Positions 39,601 through 52,340 of a stretch of DNA of 64,000 nt are shown piece after piece. The translations under genes and the position numbers were made by a program. The stretch lies in assembly GCA_965153455.1 (NCBI GenBank), contig OZ234493.1, positions 29,502,213-29,566,212 of the forward strand. The letters run 5' to 3'. This DNA comes from Sphagnum compactum (lineage: Eukaryota). How positions within the stretch are numbered: position 1 is the first letter of the stretch; each line of letters opens with the position of its first letter. Below the pieces are notes generated by a model. That model was given only the letters and a program-made list of their open reading frames with translations. It had not been told where the DNA came from and ran no database searches.

Positions 39601-39770
39601 CCCAAAACCAGAAGCGGCCAACACTGGTTGGTACCTTGTGCTAGCTAGTAGGTCACTACTGAAAGGAAGGTCGAAAGTTATGGACGGTTAGGTACCTAGT
39701 CCTTGCCGCTCACGAGCTTTGCCTTTCTGCGCGGAAGCACACAACACTGGCACGGCACGGAGAGAAGAGA

Positions 39771-39937
39771 AGAGGAGAGGAGAGATCGTGTGAAATTGCG
39801 AACAACACTTGCGCAATTGCGTGTGTCGTGCAGAGGAGAGAAGAGGAGAGGAGAGGAGAGATCGTGTGAAATTGCGAACAATACTTGCGCGCAATTGCGT
39901 GTGGCCTTTGCGCAGACAGGAGAGGAGAGGAGAGATC
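39771..39937. repeat. ~75-bp tandem repeat (2 full copies plus 1 partial) upstream of the small gene
   Basis: GAGGAGAGATCGTGTGAAATTGCGAACAA.ACTTGCGC(GC)AATTGCGTGT at ~39777 and ~39853; a third GAGGAGAGATC at ~39927. Confidence 0.9.
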
Positions 39938-40025
39938 ACTTGAAATCCGATCCGATACAGACACGGGGAAGAGGTAGTAGAGGGAGATCTTGAGATAGCG
40001 GGAAGCGGAGGAGAGGGGAAGGGAG

Positions 40026-40310
40026 ATGGCGAACAAGAGTTATGAGAGGCAGGAGTCTAATGGACTGGGCTGGGCAAGTCAATGGGGGAACAACTTCGAC
40101 GAGGACGTCGCCTCTAATCCCAAGGCGGCGGGACACAAAGGGAGCAGCAAGGAGAAGTTAGCAGAGGTGAACAAGAAAGTGAAGGCGGTTGCCAGTAGTG
40201 GCATGGAGAAGACCAAGGAGGTTGTCACCGTCGGTGCACACAAGGTGAAGACCGGCACCAGTAGTGGTTTCCGCTGGATCAAGGAGAAAGTGCAGCAGAA
40301 GAAGAAGTGA
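40026..40310 (+). CDS. Small (94 aa) Lys-rich conserved plant protein of unknown function (W-A-x-Q-W N-terminus, KVKxGTSxGxxWIK C-terminus)
   Basis: Intronless, GC-rich ORF with ATG in GAGATGG context and a GA-rich leader. Motifs GLGWASQWG and GMEKTKEVVTVGAHKVKTGTSSGFRWIKEK resemble a family of ~80-100 aa land-plant proteins as I recall it; no search was run. Confidence 0.8.
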   Translation: MANKSYERQESNGLGWASQWGNNFDEDVASNPKAAGHKGSSKEKLAEVNKKVKAVASSGMEKTKEVVTVGAHKVKTGTSSGFRWIKEKVQQKKK

Positions 40311-41879
40311 AGAAGAAGAAGAAGAAGAAATGGCAGTAGCCGTCGTTTTTGTTGCTGTTTTTCTTTCTTTCTTTCTTTCTTTCTTTGTGTCCGTCCGGCT
40401 GGACATTATGGAAGAGTTTTGGAGGATTCTTTTTTTATTCTTTTGTTTTTCCTTGTTTTCTAATTACATATATGGATAGATTGTGATGGTGAGAAACGAC
40501 GTTGTGTTGCTGCTTTCCTGCTGCTGCTTCTGGTTTGTGGAAAAGCTGTGATACTGCACTGCAAATTCGCAATTGGTGGAAAACTGCGTTCCAGAAGATT
40601 ACTGGAATCTTGCAGACAGACAGACAAACACACACCCTGTGTTATGTGTTGGATTTCTGTGCCACGCAGGGGGATCGACATGCTGCAAATTGTGAGATCG
40701 ATCCTTTCTTCCTTTTCTCCTTCCTTGGACTATGCTTGTGGCTGTGCCACTCTGAGTGTGGTGGATGGTTTCCGGAAAGTAAAATACCTTCTCGGATCCG
40801 GACACATGCAGAAACCTAAGAAATGCTCCACTTCGTAATAGAGAATTCGGGAATGGATTTGAAAGCAAATCTAGTTTGTCCATCAGAATATGCAGGAGTG
40901 GAGTGTGCCAGAGTCATAAGAGTTTTGCAGAATTTGGAAGTTAATGCAGAATAGTCAGTAGCATGAGAGGCTAAATCTGCTGCCAGCTTTTGCATAGTTA
41001 GGGTTGCCTCAATGGTTGTTGAATCAGGTGATGGTTATTGAGCGGTTCCTGGCAAATCTTGTGGTTGATCAGAGCAGAGTGTAACATGCATTCATTTTCT
41101 TACAGATTACAATAAAGATTTGACTGATCTTCTGGGTTCCTCTATCTGGACATTGTGATGCAATGAAATGATGATGAATTTTTGTATGTTTGACTTCCTG
41201 TCACTTCAGTGGATCGATTGCTTCAAGCATGCATGATTCATGATATCCCTTTTCCTGATCCTGCTGATCTTGGAACATGGAACAGGAATAATCATGATTG
41301 GAATTCTGATCTTCTATGATGGTATCATATTCATTCATATATGCATTTGTGTTTGCCTCATTAGCCTCCTGACTTCTGTATTCGCAGAGGTTGAAATTGG
41401 TTCCGTCCATCACCAAGGTCGTCATCTGTCTTTGCAACTGATTGTGATCAACTGAGTTTGGCCACAATCTATCAAATTCCAGAAGATGATTCTGATACTC
41501 TGTAACCTGTGTTTGTATGTGGAAACCAAAACAAGGTATTGCGAGATGACATGCTCATTTGACAACCTCAACTCCAGAATCAGAAGGTACATATACAATC
41601 CGTCACATGCTCCTTTCTGATTACAAGGATGCAGGTGGAACTTCTTCTCAGTATCAGAAATGTAAAGTTCTGAATGTTAGGTTAGGTAGTTCTCACTGAG
41701 ATATCACTGTTATCTTGGAGCACATCATTCAAAGCAGTTGGGAGTTGTGTGCATTTTGTGGGGAATAATAGCTTCGTTGACACAGATGCCAAATGCTGGA
41801 GCAAATGCAGTGTGGTATCTTGTAACTGCCACAATATGTGAAATGCAGGTAAATGGTTCTGACAAGTGCAATTGAAAGT

Positions 41880-42510
41880 TGTGGAGCCAGATGCGGTCAC
41901 TTGTGGATTTTAAATGCATATTCACAATGTAGGAGATGCATGAAGAGGGTAAGTTTTCTCATGAACAGACTGTTGAATGGAAGACAGCTGGAGAGTCTTC
42001 AACAAGATGTCTGCCCACACACAATTTGGTCTCATGGAAGACCATGCTCTGGGACATGTGAGCAGTGGGGAAGGGCAGAAGGCATTGGTCCTATTTTCAC
42101 AAAATGTGATGGGAAGGTTTGCAGTCAGGCACTGTCATTTTTGTAAGAGCCTTGAAGGAGCAATGGCACCTTCAAGGGGGGAGGTATGCGAAGCAATCAT
42201 TCAATTGGTTCTGAGTCCAATGTCCATGTGTGTAGCAGTTGCTCTGTTTGACATGTATGCCAAATTGGGAAAGCATGGTGGATGCTTGGAGACCGTACAA
42301 CCATGACACCGCATGCAACATGGTGTCTCAAACTCCCATGCTGAAAGGATATGGCATGCATGGGGGCCTAGCCACAGTAAGAAAGCTCTTGCATATTGTG
42401 AGGAAATGTGTCAACAAGGTGTTGTTGGGGTTGCAATGGATGAAGCCTGTACTACTATTCCATTACAATATTTTTGCAACAGTGGCATGTTTCCCATGCA
42501 TGGTTAATCT
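41880..42510 (+). pseudogene. Degenerate PLS-class pentatricopeptide repeat (PPR) gene fragment
   Basis: PPR-like peptides spread over shifting frames: ILNAYSQC, MEDSWRVFNKM, GHV..GEGQKALVLF, VALFDMYAK.G, SMVDAWR, PMLKGYGMHG. Frameshifts and stops lie between them. Confidence 0.8.
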
Positions 42511-43956
42511 CGTTGTTGACAATCTGGTCATCTGTGGGAGGCAGAGGATTTCAATGGAACAATGTGTTTCTGTTTTATTCAATTTGTTCCACGTTTCAAT
42601 CAACACTTGAATCTATCTTTAAGCAGCACACCACATGCCCTTCATTGAAATGCACATAATTCCAAGTGTAAATTAAAGATTCCAGTTATAAAATGAAGTG
42701 CATTAAAAAAATGTTGAGAATTTGTTCTTAGTTGGGCACCTTTTCCTCTGACAGCATTAGAGGATGCTGCATTGCACACCTTGCACCTGTTTAGAACATC
42801 TTTCCATTAGGCTACACTGATCAGAGATATAGCAAGCTTTCCATTATATTTTTCCAGCTACATGTGCTCACAGTCACCTCACAGCTCTACTAGTCAAGCA
42901 TTGACCAAATTGTATGGCTTACAATAACAACTATATGCACATATAATAATGGTGGGATGCAAAGTGTTCGGGATAACATACATGGTACATACATGGCAGT
43001 CCCAAACACTGTAATTGATAGGTAAGGCTTCGTTATTTAGGCTTGTTTTTGGTTTTTTATTCCTGTGTTTACTAGTATAGACCAAAACCAAGAATGCATG
43101 TGGAAAAAGTCACATTTCTATTTGGACTGCAATAAGGTCTACCACAAGAGTTCTTCCAAGAGTTGCCTTTGAATAAGGGTAGATGTTGAGCAAATATGTA
43201 AGGGTGTGTGATTTTAGAGAACATGTGATGGCATTGTAGACCAATCTCGAGGTTGAAAAATAAAACCAAAAGACAAACCACTTAAGAAAGAGTTGCACAT
43301 ATTGAAATAAATATACTTTTGTCACCTCTCTTTGGAAATAGATACAAACAAAGGAGAGAATTTAACTCATATGTTTCATTGATCCAAGGTACAAAACTTT
43401 TTTAGGTGGCATATAGCCTACATCTGTACACATTTATCATTGACAACCATTACCATCACAAACTAGCGAATGTCAAAAGGTTAACCATCATAAGAGCTCA
43501 TGAAAAGCTTTGAGCTTCAAAATGCACAATGCCAACCGCTACCCTTTTTATCGACTTAGTTTTAAACATCTTTTGGCCTATATTGTTGATCACTAGGTCA
43601 ACCAATTATCCTAGTGTGGAGACCTAGGAGCTGCTTAGTCTGAAGCCCTGTTAGAAAAAAGAAGAGCCGGGCCAAGAAGTGAGCATGTATTCCCCAGGCC
43701 TAGGAGTAAGGGTGGGAAGGGAGGGGAAGAGAAAAACACTCTAAACCCTAAACTCCGGACAAGACTTCTTTTTGTTGTTTCATGGTGGTGGCTTCAAGTG
43801 GGAGTCACTTTGAATTTGCTTTTTCTATCCAAAAGACCAATCTTTTGCATAGGGACATAGATCTAAGAAGCTTGAAAATAAGTGTCAAAGAATATGTAAA
43901 TCTATATATATATATATATGTAGATTAGATATGTTTTGCCTTTGAATCAAGAGGTT

Positions 43957-45963
43957 TTAGTTATGGTGGGTGGTGTTTAGGTTGAGTGGTGGTGCTGGTG
44001 CTGCTGTTGGTGGGCATTGATAGCATGGCGCAAACACACCAAAAGTTTTGATTTGATCCTTGAAAGTGGTAACACTTGCCCAACCACCCCATCCGATGCC
44101 AATTACCACTGTCCAAATGACAATGAAAATGTTGACTAGGTAGATTGCAATCCAGCTTTGCATGAAGAAAGGAGGCCTCACTACCGCATTCTGGAGCACG
44201 AAGAGAAAATGCAACAGCATTGTCAGGAGACACATCAGCTGAATCAAGGTTAAAGAAAAGGAAAGAAAAGAACTTGTTTTATCTTCATTTTGTATTTGCA
44301 GCCAATATGGAACTTTTGGTCTTTCTCAAACCTTTCTTTGTTTTCTCTAACTTTTTAGCAAGAGAATTGGCAACTCAGTCAGCCAATCAACAGATTTTTG
44401 CAGGGATTTTTCTGTCTTTTTTTGGTTGGGGAGCGGGTATTTTTGAAGTACTAACCTGGCGTGCCTTGGCAGTGTAGAAAACGCGCATGTGAGCAGTGCA
44501 AGGAATGATGTAGACTGTGAAAGTGACAAGCAAGGCACCGACTGTTGAATTGATGGGTCCAAAGAATGGGAATGCTATGGCAAAGAACCAGACTGGCAGA
44601 ATCACTGGCATGCGACAGACAGCACGAAGCAACATGTTTTTCGAAGTATGGATGCCAATAATCTTCTCCCAGACAAAGTAAAGAGGCGTGACAGCAAACC
44701 CCACTGTTATGAACTGGCCACATGAACAACACCAGCCAATATCAGCCAACAATTTCCTGCCAGGTATGATGATGAATCACGGAGGAGGAAATTAATTAAT
44801 AAGTTTATTCAAGCCTTTGTAACTATCATCTACTACTGTGGGTTTGTAGAGAGATTTGGGTTTGAAGGAAAAACTGTTAGTACCTGATGGATGAGCATGA
44901 GAACAACGGCAAGATCACGAGCACCACTCCGGGGTAGCAAGGACAGTGCATTTGAGTGTTCCAAAAGGAGGTCTCCAAATGCCCAGTAAACAGCTATGGC
45001 CGAAGGTATGGTCAATGTAAATACGTAGAGTGTGGCAAAAACATATACATATTTGAACTTCACAGGTTTCCACATTGCATGCATAATCTCTCTGCAAATC
45101 ACAGAACACAAATGATCACAATGCCACCACCTGTCCACTTGTTTGTCAAGACACACAACATTTTACTCAGAATCTGTCATATTCAATTGCAAACAACATG
45201 TTCAAACAACCTGTTTGAATTTCACAGTTTTTTTTTGGTAACATGTTGATGGGCATACATAATCTCTCTGCAATCACAAAATTGTAAAGGTTTTTGAGCT
45301 GAGAGGCTTTCTTTCATTTTCAATGGGGTTATGCAACAAAATTTCATGGATCCTGTCAGATCCCTGTCACATCCCAGGAAAGTGGACAGGTTTCTATAAG
45401 GTAGTATGAAAAGGTTAGTAAATCTTTATGCAGGGGGAGGCATTTTCCTGCAATAGTCATGTCATGGTCAGTGAGTGAGACTCGGGCTCTGCCCTCATCC
45501 TCCTCATCCCACATGATGTAACTCCCTCAGGAAATTGCCACTTTATGGAAGTTGCCTCTTTGATTTTTTTTATCTCTATGCATTTCATTTTCTAATTTCC
45601 TGTTTCTCAATTCAGTGAAAATTTGTTGTTTCTTTATGCAAGGGAAGGATCTATCTTCAGTCCCTTCCATCATTTTTGGCAACCTGCACTCATCCTGCTA
45701 GCCTCATGACAGGTGCCTCAAATCCCGAAAGGATCTAAAGATAAACCCTTCTGCTGTACATACAGAAATGTCACATCACTTTGTCAACACACAATTTCCG
45801 CACTCCATACAACTACCAAACACATTGAAACTCTAGCAACAATTCCCATAAGTAAATTAGAAAGGAAAGAAAACTAACACCCATTTCCACACCCAAAGCA
45901 GCCAAAATCAGATTCAAACTGTGTCGAGACAGACAGGCAGACAAGCAAGCAAATTAGCAGCCT

Positions 45964-46004
<41 letters not shown>

Positions 46005-48090
46005 AGACATACACAGTGACAGCATGACCTCCAAATGTGTAGAGAATATTAGTGGCTCCTGTAAAGTATGGCACTTTTGCAGTTGGGGCACTATGTACCA
46101 CATTCGGGATCTGAAAACAACATAAGAATTCTCATGAGAATTGAGAAACAACAACACCCAAAAAACAGAAAGTTCGTCAAGAGCATCATCATCAACACAA
46201 TGTTTTCCATTTACAACTTTCAGACAGTTCTTGACAACCTTGATGGTTCAAACATACAAATTCTTTTCCCGTATAACACATACTTCAATCCTTTCATCAA
46301 ACCCCAAATTCTTGTGAAGATATAATTTTTGTTCTTTTGGGGGTTCCTAATTTCTAAGAAGCGGGTACAAAGCAAAAAAAGGTTGTAGTAAGTTTTTAGA
46401 AGGGATTCATATATATTCAGTGGATAATTGGCCAGTGTGTTACCTACCTGGCCATGGGCGAGTGCAGCAATAGTCATGTACCAAGCAGTGTAAGAAATCA
46501 TAACAAGACCAAAGAAAGACCAAAGTCGGTAGTTGCGGAAAGTTGGCACCAGTACTGTCAGCATGCAACAAGCTCCAAATATGTAGGTCCATTCTCTCTT
46601 GTCCAGGTGGTCGTTCAAGAGAAAGATATTGCTGCAAAATCCCAGAGTGGAGGAAAAAAAAATCCTCATAGTTGTTGGTGTCCATTATGATACATTTAGG
46701 TTTTGGTAATACAAGAATTCAAAGATTGACTACAAGCTCAAAAACTCATGTTGCTGTTGTAATTGAAGCAGAAATTGAATCACATTGGGTTAAGAAATCA
46801 TCATGGGTTCATCGGTTGGTCGGCCAGCAGCATAACTATTGGTGTGGGCTTTGGCTGGCTCACCTGGCGCATGCAATGAGTTGAATGACAGCACCAAAAA
46901 GGAGGAATGTGCAATTGAAGAAGAGACCTGCAGCTTTCCAGTAAGGACCCAGCAGTCCATCCAGCACCTCAAACCACTGTCACCAAAAACCAGAAACCAA
47001 AACCCACCACCGCAGATCACAAAATGAGTGCAACATTTCCTTCCTTCCTTCCTTCTTGAGATGATGAGATGGGTGGTGAAATAAATAACCAAAGTTCTTC
47101 CCTGAATCCTCAACAAGAATAATTGCACACTCTGAAGAAGAAGAAAAAGAAGAAACCAGTGTTCTTTCCTGAATGCTCAAGAAGAAAATTCCAAATTCTG
47201 AAGAAGAAGAAGAAGAAGAAGAAGAAACCAGTCCAACTTTGCTTGAATGCTCAACAAGGAAATTGCAAACTCTGAAGAAGAAGGGGAGGAGAAAACTGCA
47301 GCTAGATCTATGTTTTTTTTCCTGAAATGCAAGACCAGGTTGAAGCGTGATGTCTGTCCAGTGTGAATGACAATGATGGTATTGAAGCTGCTGCACACCA
47401 TGTACAATGAAGGTACTAAATGAAATCTTCACCTGGATGACATGATTCTTGAAAAGCACACCTTCCCTTTCCTTGCGGGTGCGGTATTCAACATAGAGAC
47501 TGGTGATCATGTAACAGGACCAGCATCCTATGACGCCATAGAACAGCTGGAACACTATTCCAGATGGGTACCCCAACTGTGAAAAGGAATAGGGCAGTGT
47601 GAGCAACACTTGTGCCACCTGCAAACAAGCCACTCATCAATCCATTGAAATCCAAGAAAGAAATTCTCCTCAATCCATCAATCCCATCCCATCCCTCCCC
47701 TACAGTACAACAACATTCAAGCTCTTGACTCAGATCGGCTGTACTAGTGCAGAAGAAGCAGCAGCTTCATGGCTGCTCGCTTGCTGCAATATATATACAA
47801 ATATGGACCTCGAGTTCTGCGGCCGCAATGAGTTTGCAATTCAGCTGATGATCAGGAGCACCGACCTGGTTGGAAGCAGCACTGAACCAGGCATCGTACA
47901 CAGAGCCACCGTGCCACAAGAGGCGCTTCAGCTGTCCATTCATTGACGGATCAGTAAGTTGAATCTGTTCAGCTTCCAGAGCTTGATCCAGCTTCTGGTT
48001 CTGTTCCTCCATCTCGCCATAGTTTCCCACCATCTCTAATTGATCCGTAGCTGGGCCGGCCTCGCCTGCACCTTTGGCAGTTACCGGCAT
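43957..48090 (-). CDS. LAX: AUX1/LAX-family auxin influx carrier (amino acid/auxin permease superfamily), 8 exons, ~501 aa
   Basis: Exons (minus) 48090-47866, 47618-47433, 46976-46864, 46631-46448, 46110-46013, 45091-44884, 44713-44456, 44190-43957, all GT-AG and in phase. Motifs LLWHGGSVYDAWFS.ASNQVAQVLLTLPYSFSQLG, FKNHVIQWFEVLDGLLG, YFTGATNILYTFGGHAVTVEIMHAMWKP, TPLYFVWEK, FPFFGPINS.VG and FGVFA.CYQC. Confidence 0.97.
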
Positions 48091-50729
48091 GTCTTCTACT
48101 CAGCCGGAAACGTCTAGAAATTTCAGGAAGGCCAGTGGCGTACTCCGTCCTCCGCGACGTGCTCTTGGACTGTGGAAACACAACTAGGGAGCTGGATCTG
48201 GAGGAGAAAGTCCGGCCGCGGCAGCTCCACTACAGACTGACTTGCTGCAGTAGTTTTTCTCCTCGTCACAAATGCCAATGCTGCTGCTGCACGGTGGTCT
48301 GCACTCAAAACGAGTAGTTCTCTAGTGTGTCAAAGTAGCAGCGAAGTGAAGCTTACACGCTGCTGCAGATGATCACAGCCCCCCTGCAGAGATTCATGGA
48401 GCTAGAGTGCCAGAGAAGAACCGAAGCTGCCCAGCGGCATGCACCTCAAGCAAGCCCAAATCATGAGAACAGAGCTCAAATACTCTTGAAGCTTGCTTGC
48501 TGGAATCATCAGCTGATAAGTGTACACATCAAAACCAAAGGATAAAGCAAGCAAGCTAGCTAGCTGTACAGTACATGAGCTACACTAGAGCTTCTCCCTC
48601 CACGCGCGAGCAAGAAGAAGAAGAAGAAGAAGCCATAATGCTACAACATGAGTGAGAGTGAAACGAAAAGCGAGCAAGCAAGCAAGCAGCCGAGCTACCT
48701 CCAGCACCAAATGACAAACAGCACAACTGTCACACTAGCTAGCAGCAGCAACAGCTCATTCTGATCTCAGCAGAAAAAAACTTGTAAGCAGCTACTGCTG
48801 CAACAACAACACAAGCTCTTCACTTAGACAGCAAAAGCATTAACACACTCATGAGGCAATGGAGGGAAGGAAGGGAAGGAAAGGAAAGGAAGGAAGAAAG
48901 GATTGATTCAAGCTCTGCAAGACAGACCACCACCACAACAACACCACCTTCTACTGCAACAACAAAAAAGAGTTCTCCTACTAGACTTTGTGATTAGCAA
49001 AAGCAAAACCCACACTTAGTCTATGTCTGTGCACATGAGCAAAGCAAAAGACCACAAGCCAAGCAATTGCAGACAGCAACTATAAGCTACACACTTAAGA
49101 ACCATTTTAAGCATAACCCAAATCACATTAAACAGTAACACCACCACCACCACCACCACCTCTCCACCACCATATAACAAAACTACTAGTTAGTGCAAAA
49201 CAAAATATCACAATAACAGTAGTCATCAACAACAACAACAACACTACCATAGACACAAAACTACTACTAGTACTACTACTACTACTACTGCAAAATACCA
49301 AAAAAATCACATCATGTATCACAGTAATGAACAACCCAAAACACAATAATGGACACAAAAAACTTAGTGCTAAAATTTACTTCTACCACTAGGCTACTAC
49401 TATTTTTACTAATATTATATACTCTACATATTTTATGCTAGTTTGTTTTAGTAGCAGAATTGTGATGTATTTAGTGAATTCTGAACTTTTGAAAAGTCTA
49501 AAATTAATAATTGACCATTTTTAAAGTTAAGAGAATTTTTTTTGATTTGAAGTTCACTAGATAAAAACAAACAATAGATATTAAACCATTAAGGTCAGGC
49601 CCATGGCAAATTTACACTAAAAAGTAGCATTTTATGTATTCGGCATGTCTCATGTTTAGGGCGATAATAGTGCTTTGCTTTATTAAATCATCCAACAAAT
49701 GTTTTGCATCAAATTCAATATTTAAAAAAACTTGATCCTAGCCAATTTTTTATTTTTTATTTTATTTCTCAATTTCTCAATAGAGGCAGGGTCATGAGCA
49801 TCCCTAGGTAGATTTTGATTTAATTGATTACATTATTTCAAGGAACTCTTAAAACAATACTTAGTAGACATAAATAGTACTATTTATTGGGAATGTTTTT
49901 CACACATTCTATGATTTATCCACAACTGTGTTCACTAGTAGATTTTGTGATCCCTAGCTCAACTAGAGGGTTGAATCATGGTTAGTTGAATTACTAGAAA
50001 CTAGGTTAATCTAGTCAAATTACTTAGTGGGATTTAGCAATGACAGCTTCTTCTTCTACTTCTTCTTCTTCTTCTTCTTATCTGTTTCTCTTCTACTTCT
50101 ACTCCTACTGCAACTTTCTGACTACTGCTGGTGCCTGAAACTGGGTGTAGGTATGGGAGGAGGGATGGTGGGCACACTGCAAAATAACCCCACCCCCTTA
50201 CTACTACTGTGGCAGACAGTAGGCTACAGGGTAACCCAGCCCCATTCTATCTCCCTCTTTAGCCCTATTTCCATTTCCACTTGCACTTTGTTACCAGTAT
50301 ATTTACATACTTGTAAGGGGCAGGAGGAACCAGCACCTCTCCACTGGTATCATATCAACAGTTAAAAGAATCAGTGAATGAGCTTCAAAAAGTCATCCAC
50401 TCAATCTCCTTATCAATATGCTTACCATCACCACCACCACCACCAGGGCTACTTAGTTCTCCTCCCTAGTGATTGTTCAGCAATTTAGTCTCTAATTAGT
50501 ACACAGAGGGGCCATCGGTGAACCAGCACCCACTTTGGTAGCTTCACCCTTTTGGAGTGAGGCCTCTTATAAGTGACCATATTAAGCTTAACAAATGTTA
50601 GGTTTGAAGTTTGGACAATTTTTGTTAACAAAATATAGAGCTTGTCATGATTCTTTGTTTAAAGACAGCATATTTGGAATGCGTCAAGATTCCAGCTATG
50701 GAGAAATCTTTTCTATTTCAAATTGGGAG

Positions 50730-52340
50730 GTTGCGACACACAAAATCCACCTCACCAAGATATCAATTGTTGGAAACTTGTGTTTTTTTTTTTGCATCAC
50801 CATGTCAAGGTGCATTTGCAACTATCTTCATCAATAGAACACTAATTAATAAATGTACAACGCTCTACCCAACAAGGTCTTTCAAACTACCTATGTTATT
50901 GGAAAGGTGTGTGACTTTGTAATGCCACACTTTGGTCATTCTAACATAAAGCAATAACACATTTGGAATGTCGATGCATCTTGAAAAAACAAAACCTAAC
51001 TTGCAAACTTGCAACCTTGAAAATTAGAAATTGATGTACATCCAAGCCACAAAAACAAGAATTAACAAAAAACAACTTGTAAAAACAAAGAAGTACAAAA
51101 AACTAAATCTACAAAACACAAAATAAGATCTACAAAAAAAAAATCAAATTAAAAAGAATAAGAACACGATCAAGATCTCCCAAAAATGTATCCCAACAAA
51201 CATAAATCTAATGCAAAAAATTGATTAGAATCATAAACATAAAATGGGAAAAAGCAAATCACATACATTGTTTTCATAAGTGTGCTTAATTTTTTGGGCT
51301 TGAATTTAGAATTTATGCATGCTTCCTCCTAGTATTACTTTCCCTTGCTAAATCTTTTTGGTCAAGTAATACACTTTTGAATGTTAGCTTATGCCTTTAC
51401 AAATGCATAGTAGGTTAGTCCTTAACAAACTTTTTCTTATGTAATAGCACATTGGCAGGCCTTGGATATGACATGCTTTAAGCAAGACCCATGAAAAGGC
51501 TCCAACATGCCCAAACATTTACATCAAACCACTTAGTTCAAAGTAGTTGCACAAATTACAAGTTGAACCCCTTGTCTTTGACATACACAATAATTTTCTT
51601 CGTGAATAAAAACTTTTCAAATAGTGCTAATAGTTTTAAAACCATGGCTAACCCTCTAATTTCAATTAGCTTCAAACAAATCAATGGTCACATGCAATTG
51701 TCGGATTGAAAATTGACACCACGACAAACATATTATGCGCCCTTGCAAGCATCCACATATCAAAAGTACATGTGGTAGACAAACATGTGACCAATGCAAG
51801 TTGTACAGATGTGACCAAAGTCTTTTCCACTAAAGCAAGCAAAACCTCTTCCACAAACAATTTCTTTGATGGGAAGATAACCTTCAAGCATAACTTATAA
51901 GTTGTTTGGTGCAACCAAATGGATTTAACTATTTTCATTGGCAAAAAGTCTTTTATAACATACAACATTACATCTTTTAAAAACGTAATTTGGGTTTCAT
52001 GGTCTTTTTTGAAATGGTTGGTAGAGGAGAAAAATCCAAAAATCATAGTTGGGGTAACAGCGGGTGCCTAAGTGGCCAATTCACACTCAAGTGAAAATCT
52101 AGGGCATTTATTTACCTATTCCATTCTTCAACAAGGCAATGCGTTCCAACTCCACATGTTTCTTCATGGCAATTATGCCATTGGATTTGCAATAAATAGT
52201 AAGCCTTTTTGACATCTAGTGCATAAGGTTAGAATTTGAAGATTATTGTTTCATTGTGGCAAATGACAGATACCATCACATTAATTGGTTTTGAATAAAA
52301 AACATGTTGGTTGTTGTTCACGTGGAAAAAGGTCCATGTG
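50730..52340 (-). mobile_element. Degenerate hAT-like DNA transposon transposase remnant
   Basis: Minus-strand fragments: a BED-finger-like region (WTFFH..., NGIIAMKKHV) at ~52150-52340; FLKDVMLYVIKDFLPMKIVKSIWL...VIFPSKK...TCTFDMWM (51681-52046); YVKDKGFNL at ~51560-51590. Heavily interrupted. Confidence 0.6.

Noticed and set aside
39771..39937. CRISPR-like repeat-spacer appearance
   Set aside because: Only two full copies, eukaryotic context and no cas genes; it is a simple tandem duplication.
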